This document shows, piece by piece, positions 61,456 through 64,000 of a DNA stretch of 64,000 nucleotides. How positions within the stretch are numbered: the first letter of the stretch is position 1; every line of letters starts with the position of its first letter. Source of the stretch: Candidatus Azambacteria bacterium (GTDB taxonomy: Bacteria; Patescibacteriota; Minisyncoccia; UBA10092); the NCBI GenBank assembly GCA_016213445.1, contig JACRAJ010000001.1, forward strand, positions 142,203-206,202, written 5' to 3'. The notes under the pieces were generated by a model. The model did not search any database. It saw only the letters and a program-made list of their open reading frames with translations, and was not told where the DNA came from. A program made the position numbers and the translations under genes.

Positions 61456-63546
61456 ATGGAATTTTTAAATCATTTTTTGCAAACAATCCAACACCTGGGA
61501 GTATTTGGATATTTGCTAATTTTATTTATTTCTTTAGCGGAGTCATTTCCGTTTTTAGGTTTAATCGTCCCCGGCGCTATTATTGTCGGGCTTTTTGGAT
61601 TTTTCTCGGCGCAAGGGTATCTCGACATCGGGGATTTGATTTGGTTTTCCGCCATCGGCGCGATACTCGGGGACGGCATAAGTTATTACTTGGGAACAAA
61701 AGGAACAAAACTTTTTCGCCAAGAAAACAAAATACTTAAATTGAGCCATTTGGAAAAAGGCGAGAATTTTTTCAGGAAGCACGGCAACAAAAGCATATTT
61801 CTGGGCAGATTTATAGGTCCGCTTAGATCCATTATTCCGTTTGTCGCGGGACTCTTCCGAATGGACAAAAAGGTCTTCTTGTTTTGGAACGTCGCGAGCG
61901 GAATTCTTTGGGCTGTTTCTTTTCTGCTCCTTGGCTATTTCTTCGGCGGCGCATTAAAAACAATTGAAATCTGGTCGAGCCGAGCAGGAATTTTTATCTT
62001 AGCAATTGTTGCGTCTCTCATCATCATCCGCATTCTTACAAAATACATACCGCCATTTTTCGCTTTTCTAAAATCGATATCTTTATCCATTAAGGAAGCT
62101 GTTGTTGCCAATCCTGACGTAAAACATTTTGTTGAAAAACACCCGGTATTTTTCAAGTTCACCAGCCAGAGATTAAATAGGGGTAGATTCTCCGGTCTGC
62201 CGCTCACGTTTCTTAGCGTAGCTTTTGTATACGTGTTGTTTCTTTTTCTCGGCGTTATTGAAGATATCCTTACCTCTGATGTTATTATCGCGGTGGATAT
62301 GCGAGTGGCAAATCTTTTATTTACCTTTCGCGACGCCGAGCTTGTAAAAATTTTCACTTGGATAACATTGCTTGCGAAATGGCAGATAGTCGTAAGTTCG
62401 GCAATTGTTCTTTCTGTCATTCTTTGGTTATGGAAGAAAAGAATATATCTGCTTCCGCTTTGGGTGACGCTTGCCGGAAGCGAGCTTTTTAATTCTCTCG
62501 GAAAACTGGCATTTCACCGTCCGCGACCCGATGCCTCGTTGTATATTGAAGACACTTTCTCTTTTCCGTCAGGACATTCAACGATAGCCGTCGCGTTTTA
62601 CGGTTTTCTCATATACATCTTGTTCCGGCACATTAAAAAATGGAAGTATAAAGTCAATGTTCTATTTTTCGGCATCATATTGATTTTGGCAATCGGCTTG
62701 AGCCGTATATATCTCGGCGTTCATTTTTTGAGCGATGTGTGGGGCGGCTATCTTTTGGGCGCGCTTTGGCTTCTCATAGGAATTACTGTTTCGGAATGGT
62801 TGCGGCATCGCAAACCATTACTATTATTCACTTCGACACAAAAAACCAAGATTGCCGTTTTAATTTTTATTCTTGCGGAGCTCGCTTTTTATGTGAATTT
62901 TGCCCTCCGTTACAATCCGCCTGTCGCGCGCCAAGAAAAGCCGGGTGTGATTGTAGCCGCCGATGCGTTGGATATATTCGGAGATAAAGAAATTTCTCGC
63001 TTTACTGAAACGTTGTTTGGTGAACGACAAGAGCCTTTAAGTTTTATTGTCATTGCCAAAAATGACCAACTGCTTATAGACGCCATGCGAAAAGCCGGTT
63101 GGTATCGGGCCGACACGGCAACTTTTATTTCCGTGGCGAAGCTTGCAAAGTCCGCAATATCAAACGAAAATTATCCGACTGCGCCGATGACGCCTTCATT
63201 TTGGGATGCCAGGGTTCACGATTTCGGTTTTGAAAAACCGACCGAAGCGCAAAGCGCGCGCGAGCGGCATCATGCGAGATTTTGGCGCGCGCAATTTGAA
63301 ACCAAAAACGGCAATCGTGTTTATGTCGGAACGGCGAGCCAAGACATTGGCGTAAAGTGGCTCATTACGCACACTATAAAACCCGATATCGATACGGAAA
63401 GAGAAATTTTGTTTTCCGATTTAGAAAACGCCGGCGCCATATCGAGTTTTACGAAAGAAAAATTTGTAGAGCCGACGCTTGGCACAAATTTTTCCGGAGA
63501 TCAATTTTTCACTGACGGGAAGGCGTATGTAATTATTTTAAAATAA
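61456..63546 (+). CDS. Fusion membrane protein: DedA/SNARE-associated domain + PAP2 phosphatase + LssY-like C-terminal domain
   Basis: 696 aa. The DedA part reads GDGISYYLG...FLGRFIGPLRSIIPFVAG. The PAP2 part reads KLAFHRPRP...SFPSGHST...SRIYLGVHFLSDV. The C-terminal part reads ...RERHHARFW.... Confidence 0.8.
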   Translation: MEFLNHFLQTIQHLGVFGYLLILFISLAESFPFLGLIVPGAIIVGLFGFFSAQGYLDIGDLIWFSAIGAILGDGISYYLGTKGTKLFRQENKILKLSHLEKGENFFRKHGNKSIFLGRFIGPLRSIIPFVAGLFRMDKKVFLFWNVASGILWAVSFLLLGYFFGGALKTIEIWSSRAGIFILAIVASLIIIRILTKYIPPFFAFLKSISLSIKEAVVANPDVKHFVEKHPVFFKFTSQRLNRGRFSGLPLTFLSVAFVYVLFLFLGVIEDILTSDVIIAVDMRVANLLFTFRDAELVKIFTWITLLAKWQIVVSSAIVLSVILWLWKKRIYLLPLWVTLAGSELFNSLGKLAFHRPRPDASLYIEDTFSFPSGHSTIAVAFYGFLIYILFRHIKKWKYKVNVLFFGIILILAIGLSRIYLGVHFLSDVWGGYLLGALWLLIGITVSEWLRHRKPLLLFTSTQKTKIAVLIFILAELAFYVNFALRYNPPVARQEKPGVIVAADALDIFGDKEISRFTETLFGERQEPLSFIVIAKNDQLLIDAMRKAGWYRADTATFISVAKLAKSAISNENYPTAPMTPSFWDARVHDFGFEKPTEAQSARERHHARFWRAQFETKNGNRVYVGTASQDIGVKWLITHTIKPDIDTEREILFSDLENAGAISSFTKEKFVEPTLGTNFSGDQFFTDGKAYVIILK

Positions 63547-63605
63547 TGGGATAGCATGAAATATAGTCGTGTTTATGTTATCATGTGAACATGATTATTA
63601 TTTCA

Positions 63606-64000
63606 ATGAACAATTTTATGAAAAAAACATTTATTGCGGTAGCGATGGGTTTGTTTGTGTTAACGGGCAGCGTGGCGTTTGCCCAGAGCGGACAAGCCGC
63701 GCTTCCTTCGGCCGGTTTGACTCCAGAAAGCTCTTTCTATTTCCTTGAAGATTGTGAGTGAAGAAAAAACATCCGGCAAAGATGTTGCCGCCCTTGCCAA
63801 GACACTCAATGATGAATTTGACGCAAGGGACAAACTTTTGGAACAAACTTTCAAAGACGCCAAAGCGCAACTCAAAGCCCAGCGCAAAGAAATCAAAACC
63901 AATCTTCTTAAAGAGGCGCGCCGCGTCGGAGACACCGCGCAGATAGCAGTATTGGAAGCGCAACTCAATGACATTGACGGGCAGATTGACGCGCTTGGAC
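63606..64000 (+). pseudogene. Secreted coiled-coil protein, apparent +1 frame break near 63745-63760; partial at window end
   Basis: ATG at 63606 gives MNNFMKKTFIAVAMGLFVLTGSVAFAQ...LTPESSFYFLEDCE*, with the stop at 63759-63761. The coding-like sequence continues in the next frame as ...SLKIVSEEKTSGKDVAALAKTLNDEFDARDKLLEQ... to the window end. Confidence 0.35.

Overview
By eye this is an AT-rich, gene-dense bacterial chromosome segment that begins at the replication-origin region, where dnaA lies divergent from rpmH-rnpA-yidC-jag. Gene content points to a small-genome Candidate Phyla Radiation/Patescibacteria-type organism; this is an inference, not a database result. The relevant traits are short YidC, many small secreted or membrane hypotheticals, a Gram-positive-like VirB4/VirB6/PrgI cluster, a DGR, free-standing LAGLIDADG genes and scattered single tRNA genes. 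The standard code 11 appears to be in use, since TGA and TAG terminate conserved genes.

Contents in order:
- An 11-gene minus-strand T4SS-like operon (2.3-13.7 kb).
- Housekeeping genes: rsmA, uvrD/pcrA, M23 peptidase, comM, dksA-like, pnp, rpsO, xerC, yraN, uppP, htrA, speH, rny, hup, cca, gyrA, rpsA, ftsH, rluD, rplS.
- A csoR-HMA/cupredoxin-copA copper operon.
- An ECF sigma factor with a putative anti-sigma partner.
- 14 tRNA genes.

Accessory and unusual content:
1. A complete diversity-generating retroelement at 34.1-36.6 kb. Its 131-bp TR/VR pair differs only at TR adenines. Its architecture is unusual, with avd antisense between TR and RT. It sits with an IS481-type transposase just downstream of tRNA-His.
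2. A roughly 3.2-kb GC-rich element inserted at the CCA end of tRNA-Ala(CGC). It encodes a large serine recombinase and carries an internal inverted copy of its own end-joint, which produces two back-to-back inverted-repeat-flanked modules.
3. A family of four roughly 150-bp intergenic palindromic elements with covarying internal hairpins, plus a solo arm and a degenerate relative.
4. Several candidate structured RNAs and palindromic operators, an orphan GC-rich two-gene cassette, a rare tRNA-Ile(UAU), five tRNAs with C at T-loop position 55, and an HTH-LAGLIDADG gene broken by one in-frame TAG.

No rRNA genes or CRISPR arrays were seen.
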